Shown piece after piece: positions 24,300-36,724 of a DNA stretch of 64,000 bases. The notes beneath the pieces were generated by a model. It ran no database searches. It was not told the DNA's origin and saw only the letters and a list, made by a program, of their open reading frames with translations. Origin of the DNA: Gracilinanus agilis (lineage: Eukaryota); contig NC_058132.1 of the NCBI RefSeq assembly GCF_016433145.1, positions 87,450,549 to 87,514,548 on the forward strand. Reading direction: 5' to 3'. The position numbers and the translations under genes are program-made. The first letter of the stretch is position 1, and every line of letters begins with the position of its first letter.

Positions 24300-25250
24300 A
24301 TGAACATGGCCTTCGCTAACATTACTGTTATAAGCCACACGTATTTCTACCTTCTGGGCATTCCTGGCCTGGAGGATCAGCACATCTGGATCTCAATCCC
24401 TTTTTTTGCCTTCTATATTATTGCACTCCTTGGTAACAGCCTTCTCATTTTCATTGTTGTCACAGATCACAGCCTTCATGAACCCATGTATATTTTCTTA
24501 TGCATGTTGGCTGTAGCTGACATTGGGCTTTCCACCACTGCAATTCCCAAAGCCTTGGCTATTTTTTGGTTTAATTCAGGAGGTATAACCCTAGATGGGT
24601 GTATTACTCAGTTATTCTTCATCCATGGCATCTTCATTGTTGAATCAGGAATTCTTCTGGCAATGGCATTTGACCGCTACATTGCAATTTGTTACCCACT
24701 GAGATACACAACAATCCTTAACTCCTCAGTGATTATAAAACTTGGTATTACTTCCTATATGAGAGGTGCTGTTACCATATTTCCCATAACATTCCTTGTA
24801 AAGAGGTTAACTTTCTGCAAAAATAACCTTCTCCCACACACATATTGTGAAAACATTGGTTTGGCCAAGTATGCTTGTGAAAGCATTCGAGTGAACATCT
24901 GGTATGGCATATTTGTCATTTTGATAACTGTGGTACTAGACATTTTTCTCATTGTGGCATCCTACTCTGTGATTCTCCGTGCCATTTTTCGCATGCCCTC
25001 TCAGGATGCTCGTCAGAAAGCACTCCAGACCTGTGGCTCCCACATCTGTGTCATCTTACTCTTCTACATCCCAGGAATCTTCACATTTTTGGTCCAAAGA
25101 TTTGGCAAACAGATCCCACCTCATATCCATATCTTAATTGCTAATGTCTGCATGTTGGCTCCTCCCTTTATGAACCCCATCATATATGGGATCAAGACCA
25201 AACAGATAAAGAACAGTATATATAATTTGTTTTTTCAGAGGCAAAAATGA
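24300..25250 (+). CDS. OR52B4-like: Class I olfactory receptor, OR52B4-like paralog B (316 aa, intact ORF; carries H185N and an out-of-frame upstream ATG)
   Basis: Open 316-aa frame with the same OR motifs. 36 aa differences from the ORF at 39622 by manual alignment. Confidence 0.9.
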   Translation: MNMAFANITVISHTYFYLLGIPGLEDQHIWISIPFFAFYIIALLGNSLLIFIVVTDHSLHEPMYIFLCMLAVADIGLSTTAIPKALAIFWFNSGGITLDGCITQLFFIHGIFIVESGILLAMAFDRYIAICYPLRYTTILNSSVIIKLGITSYMRGAVTIFPITFLVKRLTFCKNNLLPHTYCENIGLAKYACESIRVNIWYGIFVILITVVLDIFLIVASYSVILRAIFRMPSQDARQKALQTCGSHICVILLFYIPGIFTFLVQRFGKQIPPHIHILIANVCMLAPPFMNPIIYGIKTKQIKNSIYNLFFQRQK

Positions 25251-26302
25251 ACTTGGTAGTGACAGCTGAGTGGACCTTTTCTTGAAGGCTTTAACCAGGA
25301 AAGACAATGGTTTTGGACAAAAGGAGTATAGAAGAGGCCATATATGAAAATGGAGAAAATGTTGGGTCATAATTGTTGATACATATATGAGATTTAGAGT
25401 CTGGTGAGCTAGGTATGAATTTTGCCTCTTCTTTTGTGTATACATGGGGACATGTGTCTTAACTTCTTTGTATTTCAGTATCTTCATGAGTTATCAGTCA
25501 AATGTGACCACCACCTCATTGAATCCTTTTATCATGAATCCCCTCAAATGCCATCTTCCACATGTATCCCGTCCTCTGATGCACCCAGTAATGCTACTCA
25601 ACTGACTTTTATTTTAAGTATTTAAATCAATCTATATTTATTCTCATTTTGTTCCTTCTCTATATGTATTTATGGATTTTTTTTTGGTTTCCCTTTGGAA
25701 TGTAAGGTCCTTGAGAGGAGAGATTGTTTTTTTTCCTAATTGTCTTCCCAGAGGATAATATCTGCCTCCTAATGGATACTTGTTGATTGTTTACTTCCTT
25801 GGTGGAACCAAGGTCTGTTCTAGTCATAAATTCTTTCATCTTTCTAGTTTTCCCAGAGTTATCATAGTGCATGAACTAGGAAGAAACTTGCAGAAGGAAA
25901 AAGAGGAAGTAATATGAGGCACTAGCACTGCTATATTCTATTCATGTGACCTTAGGCCATCCACTTCATTTCTCATATTCTTAAATTCCTAATATGTACA
26001 AGAAAGGGTTTAAAATATATGATCTTTTTAGATCATCTACTAAAGAAAGCGATGATGTTTTAAAGAAATTTTGATGGAAAGTATTCTAAGCATAATAAAA
26101 AATACTTATTTTATACATAAAAATAAGTCTCTCATATGTATCTTTAAATATATAACTTTAAACTTTATAAATATAATGATGGATTATTTATAGTACATTA
26201 TAAATATTATATTGTCTATATTTTCTTTGTATGTATGTGTGTATATATGTGCATACACATATAGTTGTGCATATATGATTCTACATCTAGTTTATTTCTA
26301 GG

Positions 26303-26362
26303 TATCTATCTGCCTCTATCTATGTATCTATCTATTATCTATCTATGTATCTATCTATCTAC
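26303..26362. repeat. Imperfect (ATCT)n microsatellite
   Basis: Direct reading. Confidence 0.8.
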
Positions 26363-29300
26363 TCTGTTAACACAATGCAAACTTTTGGATCACAATGGCT
26401 AACTTTTTTCCCCAAGCAAAAAAATTCTCAGGCACATATTGGAAATTCGGAATGCTTAAAATATTAACTAATATGGAATAATGTTTTGCATGATTGCACA
26501 TGTAACATCAGCATCAGATACTTTATCATCTCAAGGACAGTAGAGGGTGGGGAGAGAAGGAGGGAGAGACTTTGAAACTCAGAATAAATAAAAATTAAAA
26601 TTGTTTTTACACATAATTGGCAGGAAATAAAGTATTTTATTTAAAAGTGTTGGTTATGTCAATCAGGTCAAAAGTGGAGAAGAGACAGAGACATCATGAC
26701 AGCTATTAGCAAGTATGTGAAAGTCTCATACATTAAGGAAGATTAGACTTTGCATTCAACAGAGAATAATTTTAGTATCTTAAGTGAATATTAGAGAAAC
26801 AAATTTAGGTTTGATGTAAGGAGATCATTTCAAATTAGCACTTTCAAAAAGTGTAAAGGAATACTCAGGCAATAAGGATGTTAGTTATGATGGAAGGATT
26901 TATATGGATTTATTCACATTCTCCAATAATGTGCTATTAGTTATTAGGTGAAAATTCAAGAAGGGAGTTACACATTTAATCAAAGTTGATGGAGATAACA
27001 TTTGCATGAATTTAGCATCCTCAGACTTCTAATCCATCACTTGTCACTTTTATTGAAATATGTGAAGATGAATAGGTACATAGAACTGGGAACTCTTTGT
27101 TTTACTTTTGATCTATTTCAGAGGCTATCTTGAGCACAACATTTCATCATTAAATGGTTAATCTTTCTTACATGAACCTTTCAATTTAATTATGATTTTC
27201 CTCAGACAGTTGAAACTTTCTGTTAGCAGTCTGTTCTTCCTTATCAATGCTTAAGATTTATTCATACAGCTTTCAAAAACAAAGGCTCTATAATATGATG
27301 AAGAATCAGTAGACTGTGGAAAATAATATCATGAGTAACTGGCTAAACTTCTAGTTGTTTCCCCTATTGATATTTTCATATAGTTTGAAGAAGTAACATT
27401 AAGATAACCCAATGAAGCAACAAAGTTTACCTATTATTAGTGGCATTGATAATAATACATTGTGGGAAACAGAATATTTACATCATATCATTAACATGAA
27501 CATTCTGAATTCATTTTTCTTCAGTTGTATTTCTTTGCTATTATCAGATGAGTTTTTTAAACCCTCTACTGTAACACCCTTTTTTACCTTGGAAGGCTAT
27601 CACATCTGTGAGAAATTTCATAAACCAAAATAAGTTTTTTTTCATAAATTACTCATGTCTTTAAAAAAACAAATATCTTTATTTTGTTGTAGCATGAATT
27701 ACTTTAGAAAGTTATACTTTACTGTTTTGTGAATCTCTAGGATTTTCTTTTTCTGGAGAGCTTTGATAGTTAATAATACCTCTGTCACGAGTACCTACAA
27801 TAAAAATAATAACAACATTCATGGAATTTTTATTTTTGGAAATAGGTTTCTATGATGGCGATTCAAAACAAAATGATTACTTCCAGATATCACAGAAGAA
27901 TTACCCTTTAAAAAAAGTTTATTTTCAGTCCCAAGGTCTTTCCTTTACTCTTCTCTAATCCTTTGAAAAGTGAAAAAAAAAACAAAGCCCAGTTTAAATA
28001 TGTATAATTATAGAAAAATTCCTGCATTAGACATGTTCATAAAGATAGAAAGAATGCAATGAAAAAATAAAATGATATATGCTTTGATCTTTACTTTGAG
28101 TCCATCATTTCATTATAGGAAGGCAACTAGTATGTTTTGCCATCAGTCTTTTTTTTTCTTCTAAAATTGCTTTCAGATTTTGAGTTTTATTCTCCTGACT
28201 AAAAATTTACAATGTGCCAGAGCGCATACCACAACTTTCTTCCACTCCTTCTTATGTAACCATTCCTCTTTGGAATATAAAATATTTAACATCAGGGACT
28301 ATTTAATTTGCCTGTATTTGTATCCCTGAACTGAAAAAGTTCTGTTCACATAGTGCACATTTAATAAATATTTTGTCTGTCTTGAGTTCATAGATGCTGG
28401 ATCTGGCTTAGTCTACTGTTTTTCATGGTGCTCTGGGTCTGAGATCTAATTACAATGTCCTTTTAGGCATTGCTGTCACAGCCAGATATATTGTCTTGAT
28501 CCTGTTTACCTCTTTCTCTCCTATTCTCTCTTTGTCATACTCCCAGACATAAGACTGAATTTTCTAGGGATTTATATTCAAGGGAAAATTAGTGCACAAA
28601 TCCATAATTTCTCAAGTAATGTAAGAAATTTAGAATCACAAAATAAAAACTATTTCCTGGCATGAGTTTGAGTAGTACTAATGGTTTTTTAAAAGCTTAT
28701 CTTTATGAAATTGAGCATAGAATACTGAAAAATAAATTATTTTCAGACATGAGTTCTAACATTGGTAGAGTTGTATAACCATTGGCAAGTTGTTTGTTTT
28801 TCCTGTGTCTTAGCCCCCTCATTTACTAAATGAGAATAATAAATTGGTGAGAGGAATTGTTTTGGATACACTATAATTGCAATTAAAAAAAGGAATAATA
28901 TCTCTATCTGAGAAACTGTTCATAACCCCTCCCCCAACTTAATGGCTTTTCTTCTAATCTTGGCTACAATTGTTTTATTTGTACCAAAACTTTTCAATTC
29001 AATGTATTCAAAATTATCCATTTTACATCAGACATTGTTTTCTATCTCCTGCTTTTCACAAATTCTTCTCCTATCCATAAATCTGATAGTAATGTGTTCC
29101 CTATTCTAAGTTGCTTATGAATACCTCTCTTTTTGACCAGGTCATGCATCCATTTTGATCTTATCTTGGTAAATGGTATAAGATATTGGTCTATATCTAG
29201 TTTCTGCCAAACTGCTTTCCAGTTTTCAAAACAATTTTTTGCCAATTAGTGAATTTATATTCCAAAAACTTTGATCTTTACTTTTGTCAAATGGGAGGTT

Positions 29301-29871
29301 ACTATAATCTTTTACAACTGTATATTAACTGTCTGTTTTATTCCATTTATTTTTCTATTTTGTAACAACAACCAGATTGTTTTGATCATTACTATTTCAT
29401 AATTTAAATCAAAAAGTGATATTACTAAACTTCCCATGTTTTCATTAATTATTTTAACATTTTCATTTTTTTTCCTCAAATTTGAATTTTGATATTTTTT
29501 GGTTCAATAAAATATTTTAGGTAAATTAAATAGGATGGCATCAAATAAGGAGAATAGTTTGGGTAGAAATTTCATTTTAGTTATATTTTCTCTGCTCACT
29601 TGGGAACAATGAATATTTCTTCAAGTATTTAAATTTGACTTTATTTATATGAAAAATGTTTTGTAATTATGTTCATGCAGTTTCTGGATTTGTTTTGACA
29701 GATGTACTCCTAAGTATTTTTATTTATTTCTGGATAGTGTTAATGGGTTATCTTTTACCGTATCTTTTTGCAGAATGTTATTAGTGATATATAGAAATGT
29801 TGATACTTTATATGTGTTTATTATATATCCTGCTACTTTGTTAAAATTATCAATAGTTTTGACTAAATTTT

Positions 29872-30876
29872 TAAAAATATTTTATTTTTTTAGAAAAATT
29901 TTCTATGGTTACATGATTCTTGTTTTTATTTTCTCCTTCACTTCCCTTCGTCCCCCCTCCCCCATCCAACGTGCATTTCCACTGGTTTTAATATGTGTGA
30001 TCAATCAGGACTTATTTACATATTATTGATAGTTGCATTGGTGTGGTCTTTTAGTGTCTACATCCCCAACCATGCCCGCATCAACCCATGTGTTCAAACG
30101 ATTGTTTTTCTTCTGTGTTTCCACTCCTGCAGTTCTTCCTCTGAATGTGGGTAGCGTTCTTTTCCATCAATCCCTCAGAATTGTCCTGGGACATTGCATT
30201 GCTGCCAGTACAGAAGTCCATTACATTCGATTTTACCACAGTATATCAGTCTCTGTGTACAATGTTTTTCTGGCTCTGCTACTTTCACTCTGCATCAGTT
30301 CCTGGAGGTCTTTCCAGTTCACATGGAATTCCTCCAGTTTATTATTCCTTTGAGCACAATAGTATTCCATCATCAGCATATACCACAATTTGTTTAGCCA
30401 CTCCTTAATTGAAAGGCATACCCGCATTTTCCAGTTTTTTGCCACCACAAAAATAGCAGCTATAAATATTTTTGTACAATTCTGTTCATCTATGATCTTT
30501 GGGTTATAAACCCAGCAATGCTATGGCTGGATCAAAGGGCATGCAGTCTTTTAGAGCTCTTTGGGCATAGTTTCAAATTGCCATCCAAAATGGTTGGATC
30601 AGTTCACAACTCCACCAGCAATGCATTAATGTCCCAATTTTGCCACAACCCCTCCAACATTTGTTACTCTCCCCTTCTATCATTTTAGTCAATCTGCTAG
30701 GTGTGAGGTGGTACTTAAGAGTTGTTTTGATTTGCATTTCTCTAATTATTAGAGATTTAGAACACTTTCTCATGTGCTTATTGATAGTTTTGATTTCTTT
30801 ATCTGAAAATTGCCTATTCATGTCCCTTGCCCATTTATCAATTGGGCAATGGCTTGATTTTTTATACAATTGATGT
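29872..30876 (-). mobile_element. 5'-truncated L1 (ORF2 C-terminus plus 3' UTR), copy-specific
   Basis: Minus-strand ORF contains CWRGCGKIGTLMHCWW; absent at the homologous position near 13825. Confidence 0.88.
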
Positions 30877-31226
30877 AACTGAATCTTAACCGAACCTTAA
30901 AATTTTTCTCAGTATATCATATCTTCTATGAAAAGAGATAGTTTTATAACCTCTTTGACCATTATGATTTCTTTAATTTATTTTTCTTTAATTTCTATTG
31001 CTAAAATTTCTAATAGAATATTAAACAATATTGGTCATAATGGACATCCTTTTTGTTAAACTTTTAACTTTGCAGGGAAGGCTTCTAATTTATTTCTATT
31101 ACAAATAATTTTTGCTGAGGATTTTAAGTATAAACTTCTTATTATTCTTTGGAAAAATCAGTTTCTGCCTATACTTTCCACTCTTTTTAATAGGAATAAA
31201 TGTTATATTTTTTCAAAAGCTTTTTC

Positions 31227-31400
31227 AAAAGTATTCCATCACCAGCATATACCACAGTTTGTTCAGCCATTCCCCAATTGAAGGACATACCCTCCTTTTC
31301 CAATTGTTTGCCACCACAAAAAGCGCAGCTATAAATATTTTCGTACAAGTCTATTTATGATCTCTTTGGGGTACAAACCCAACAATGGTATGGCTGGATC
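31227..31400 (-). mobile_element. Internal L1 fragment without poly-A or TSD, copy-specific
   Basis: Alignable to 30360-30535; absent at the homologous position near 14160. Confidence 0.75.
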
Positions 31401-31511
31401 ATCTATTCATATAATTATGTGATTTTGTTACTTTTTTCTCGATATAATCACTGATGTTGTAATTTCTTTATGTAGTTTTCCTGTATGCCTGGTAAAAATC
31501 CTGTTTCATAT

Positions 31512-31861
31512 TGTGTGAGGAGGGTTCTCCCCTTCTGTATTACATAGTTGGAGTGTATCTCTGTGAGTCTGTATAAGTTTGCATCACTTAGTATGGGTCA
31601 TGGGACTCTGGCCTATGTACTTGATCCCAGATATGATTCTAAAACTTGAAGTGGATGTGAAAGGAGAGGTTAAAAAGACTTTAAGGAGGAAGTGTGGACT
31701 CTCTACCTCTTGTGACAGTGCTGAGGTGGCCAGGCTGAGACCACCCATGTGACTAGCTGGAATAGGCTTTTTCTCTCTTTCTCTATGCCTTTAACTATCC
31801 AAGTGATACTAATAAAACTTTATGAAAAATAGGGACCAGAGTCCTAGATTTATTTCTTAGA
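31512..31861 (+). mobile_element. Solo LTR, duplicated copy of 14277-14636
   Basis: Same sequence at the same position in the duplicated L1; TSD ATAT/GTAT. Confidence 0.8.
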
Positions 31862-34160
31862 GTATAATATATAATTTTTTATATTTTTTGTAATCTCCTG
31901 GATAATATTTTATTTAGGATTTTTGCATCTATATTCATTAATGAAACTGGCCTATAATTTTTTTTTCTCTCTTTTTGTTCTTCCTAGTTTAGGCATCAGC
32001 ACCATATTTGTTTCAGAAATGGAATTTGGCAAAACTCCTTCTTTACTAGTTGTTCTGAATATTTTATTTAATATTTGCATTAGATGATCTAAACTGTTTG
32101 ATAAAATTCATTTGTAAATCTCTCTGGTCCTGAGGCATTTTTCATAGGAATTTCCTTTATAACCTAGCCAATTTCTTTTTCTAAAGTAGGCTTATTTCAA
32201 TATTTTATTTCCACTTCTGTTAGTCTAGGTAATTTATATTCTTGTAAGTATTTTTTCATTTGTAAGTGTTTTTTCCAACTTTTATAGACAGTTTCTTAGA
32301 TAGAAGTCTTAAACATGATATATAGGGGGCTCTATTGACATATCCCCCCCCAAAATGATCAGATGATATTAACAGATAGTTTTGGTACAAAGTAATTAAA
32401 GCTACATATAACTACATAAAAATATTTCATGTCAATATTGATTAGATAAATGCAAATCATAACCACTCGGTGATATCTTGTGCCTGTAAGACTGGCTAAA
32501 ATGATAAAAGGGCAAAATGGAAAATATTAGAGGTCTTGTGGAAAGATGAGGATACTAATTATTTTTGGATCTGTGGACTGATGCCACCATTTTTGAGAGC
32601 TATTTAGAATTATGCTTCAAGAATTATAAAACTGTCTATACCCTTTGACTCATAAATATTATTAAGTTTATTTTCTTATGTGATCAAGAAAAAAGGAGAA
32701 CAACTTATTATGTTCAATAATATTTATGGTTGCTTTCTTTGTGGTGGCAAAGGAATAGAAATTGTGAGAATCTCTAATTTGGGAAGAACTAAACATGTTG
32801 TGACACATGATTGTGAAGGAATTCTATTGCTGCAAAGAAATGATAAAGCGGTAATTTGGAAAAAAATATGGAAAGATCTACATGAAATTATGAAGAATGA
32901 CATGACAAGAACCAAGAGAACATTATATACAGTTACAGAAAATATTGTTTGAATAATGACTTGTGTATGCCTATCTTTAGGGCAAGTACTAATAAATAGA
33001 AATACATTAAACGTAGTTTTATATTTACACATAAATTTTTGTCAAGTGATACTTTCTCTGAGGACAGGGAAGGAGTCAAGGAGGGTTTTAATGCGTTTTT
33101 TAAAAGTATTAAATGAATATTTTTTTAAAGAAAGGAATGTATAAAGTTTAGAGACTTCAAACCTTATTTATCCTCACTTAGGCCAGAAGATGTTTGCCAC
33201 TGAGTGCATTTTGAATTCTTTATAACTTTGATGATTATGTCACTTTCATTTGCAGAAGACATCCAATTCAATTTTTACATTTTACCACTTGGGATATCTG
33301 TATTAAGCATATACTTTGATATTTCTAATATTATACCCATATTTAAAAAATCATGAAACTTTCTGTTGGATGACGAGGCTATTGTCAAAAGCTCCACCAG
33401 TATTACTGTATAACACTTAACTTGCTGCTAACTCTTTTTCCAAGGAAAAACAAAGACAAACAAACAAACAAACAAAAAACAGAATTCCCATCATCCTCAA
33501 AATACAAGCCTAAACTGGACAAGTTGTGGCATATGATTATGATGGGATATTACTATTCCAGAAGAAAGGACAAATGGATTATTTTTTCTAAAATGGGAAG
33601 ACTTATATGAAATTAAGAAAAGCAAAATGAGCAGAACCAAGAGACCATTATATACATCAATTAAAAATATTTTTGAAGAATAATTTGTGTATATCCACCT
33701 CCAGAGAATGAACTGATAATAGAAACAAGCAAGACATACTTTTATATATATATATGCATATATATAAATGTATATATATATTTATTAAATGATACTTTCT
33801 CTAGTATGAGAAGGGGAGAGGAAATTTATGATAATTTTAGTGTAATAACCAAAAAAAATTAAATATCTCTTTTCAACCTGGAATTCAGATCACTCCCAAG
33901 ATTCTTAATGCTGAGAGCTGAGTCAAATGGCTTGAAGTACCCCATAAGGCATCACTTATCTATATTTGATGTATATGAATAAAAAAAAGGAATAAGGTTT
34001 GAGAGAGACAGAAGCACGCAGAAAAAAAAATAACATAGAAATGGCTTGCCAGTGACAAAGAGACAAAAGAGAGACAAAATGAGAAATACGGGGATAGGGG
34101 TAGTCAGAAATCTAAATTTATCCTCCCTTTTGGGAAATAACTGAGGTTCTAAAAACATAA

Positions 34161-34309
34161 CCCCTTGGGATTTGTATAGAGAGAATAAACAACCTTGCTG
34201 CTCTTTTCCTCTTTACTTAAGTGTCACCACAGTTATTGAGCACTTTTTGGCTGGTGTAGTCACCACCCAAAGCTCGTAAGGAAACCTCCTGAAACAGGTA
34301 ATTTAGTGA
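34161..34309 (+). promoter_or_regulatory. Candidate promoter / non-coding first exon of paralog C
   Basis: O/E site CCCCTTGGGA at 34161-34170 and donor CAG|GTAATT at 34297/34298. Paralogous to 17313-17461. Confidence 0.45.
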
Positions 34310-36684
34310 CTCATTTACCTTGGATGGGAGACAGGACATGAGAAGAGGACATAGTAGGGATGGATGAGAGAAGAGGTTTTTCAGAAATGAGTAGCAAGGT
34401 ATAAATATCAGGCTAGATCAGGAAATTTGGGGAATCCAGACTTTTTTTCCCATTTGGGTTATATCTTTGTACATTTTAGAGCTGGAAGAGAAAATTGGGG
34501 GCCAGTGAATAGAATCCCCTATTTTTATGAATGAGAGAAATAAAATTGGGTTCCCATTGTAAAGTAGGTTAGTCAAGAAAGCAGGATTTCAACCCAGTTC
34601 TAGTCCTGATTCCAAATCTAGTGTTGTTTCTACTATACCATTATGTCTTTTGTGTTCATAATAAATAAAGGAAACAAGAGACCAATGCACAGCAGTCTCC
34701 CAGAAGAAACTAAATATTTGTTCCTCAAGGTCACCGTAAGATATCTGCTTCTCTCTGGAATGCAATCAGAGAGAAAGGCATCCTTCTTTGCACCTAGTCA
34801 TGGGAGCTTTCACCATCCAAGGAAAGAGAAGAGATTTCTTTCTTAACATGAGATGTGAGGCTACACACAACTTTCTCCCTCAATTATTTTTTTCCAGGAC
34901 CCCTTTTAAGTGATCACCATATTTCAACAATTTTGACTGAAAATCTCCTTTCCTGCCATCTGAGACTTTATAGGACACAGACTGCATCAAGTGTGTATAT
35001 TATACCAGCTCCAGGTGCCTCCCTTAGAAAGTATTTGGCACAGAAAACAGAATGTTCTTTGAAACCTGCTTCTTCTTTATGCCAGTCAGACTTTCTCCAA
35101 GTGCCCACCTTTTGAAAAAAAAAAGAATATTCTTGGATTTTTCCAGGGTTATTTTCAGATGCATGTACCTAGCATGACTAGATAAGCTCCTAGTTTATAG
35201 TTTTTCTGCCTCCATTCTATTATTGTCTTGATCCAGGCAATTAAGAGGCACAATTGAAATTGGAAACAGAAAGATTTGAATTAGAATCCTGCCATAAACA
35301 TTTCCTCTGGACCAATCATTTAATCTTTCTGAGCCTCACTGTCTTCATATATAAAGTAGTGATGATAAAAACACATCTCTCAGGTAAAGTTTTATGGATC
35401 AAATTATGTTACAAATGTAAAGAGTTTTGAAAGCCTTAAATATAAATATACAAATGCTAGCTTCTACTATTACTGCCAGAAATCTAGTAATTCCCCTTCC
35501 ATAGACTCATATCCAATAATAAACTTGCAGATATAAAGTATTTTAAGGTTTAGAAACCACTTTCCTAAAATTGCTTCATTTTATCTTCACTCTGTTGCAG
35601 TTATTTTCACTATTTTACACTTGAAGAAAATGAAATGACTCTCCCATGGTCACAGCTAGAAAGTATATTAGGCTGAATTTGAATTCAAGACTTGCTGATT
35701 CTAGGACCAATAGTCCATTCACTGCCATCTAATTATCTCTCTCTATAGTATTCATAAAGATCTTAAAGATTTACAAAATATATTCTATATTTTATTCATT
35801 TGATCCTCTCAACCATTCTGGGAGATAACACCCTATTTTATATATCAGCAAACTGAGCCTGGGAGTTTACTGATCTCAGTTTTATGTGTAGTTGTATGTA
35901 ACCTCAAAGTCTCATTATTCATCTCAGTTCCCACAACTAGTGTGAGATATTATTTAACTCACGTCTTCCTGCTTTCAAGTTCATTGCTCTACACATTGCC
36001 CTAACCTGCTGCCTATGTAGAGTCATAAAACATCAGACCTGTAAAGGAACTTAATAATCATCTACTCAAACCTCATTTTTAAAAATTGATGAGAAGTTTT
36101 TTGGTAGCCTCTCAGCCAGCTCTGGCTCTTGATTAGTCTAAATCTCCTTTATTTCCTACTTTCTCAATAATTCTATTTTTCTACATTTTTTTAGTCGTTA
36201 TTCCATAAGATCCTGAGGCAGTGTGGTATGTTGGCAAGAATGAGGGATATGCCATTTATAGACCAGGTTTCTGGGGATTTTTAGAGCATTGATTTAGAAC
36301 TCAAATTGGGAACGTAATGAAGGCAATTCTGACCCTGCAAACTGATTGTTAAATTTTTGTTGCAAGGATTTTATACCTCAGAAATCAGCAATGTATAAAT
36401 CAAGGTTTTGATTATTGTTTGAATAGTCTAGAATTGTGAATGGGTTTGTAATGAAGATAAACTCACATGTATGCATAATCACATATGCATATGCACATAT
36501 ACATGGATTTATACATATATATGTGAATCGATATATGTGTGTATTGTGGATAACCTGGCTGTTATACATTTGCCAGTGTTCTTCTGTATTAATATAAACA
36601 TTACTTGATCTCTGCAGGAATGTACTAGAATCTACACAGAACAAATGAAATCATCATCACCAAATTGCAGATTCAATGATTTAG

Positions 36685-36723
<39 letters not shown>
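36685..36723. repeat. (AAT)n microsatellite
   Basis: Direct reading. Confidence 0.95.

Positions 36724-36724
<1 letters not shown>

Larger units (their letters stand above)
11451..28157 (+). repeat. Segmental duplication unit, copy 1 of the younger tandem duplication (contains paralog B)
   Basis: Collinear with 28149-43774 throughout (for example 11460 with 28175, 17800-19200 with 34640-36090, 25250-28150 with 40572-43774), apart from copy-specific indels. Confidence 0.85.
28800..33190. mobile_element. Duplicated copy of the inverted L1
   Basis: Same strand switch near 32270. Confidence 0.7.

Noticed and set aside
34643-35115. Conserved small ORFs shared with 17792-18146
   Set aside because: Frames and starts differ between the two copies (TTG starts, frameshifts) and no protein motif is recognisable. 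The nucleotide conservation is reported separately as non-coding.
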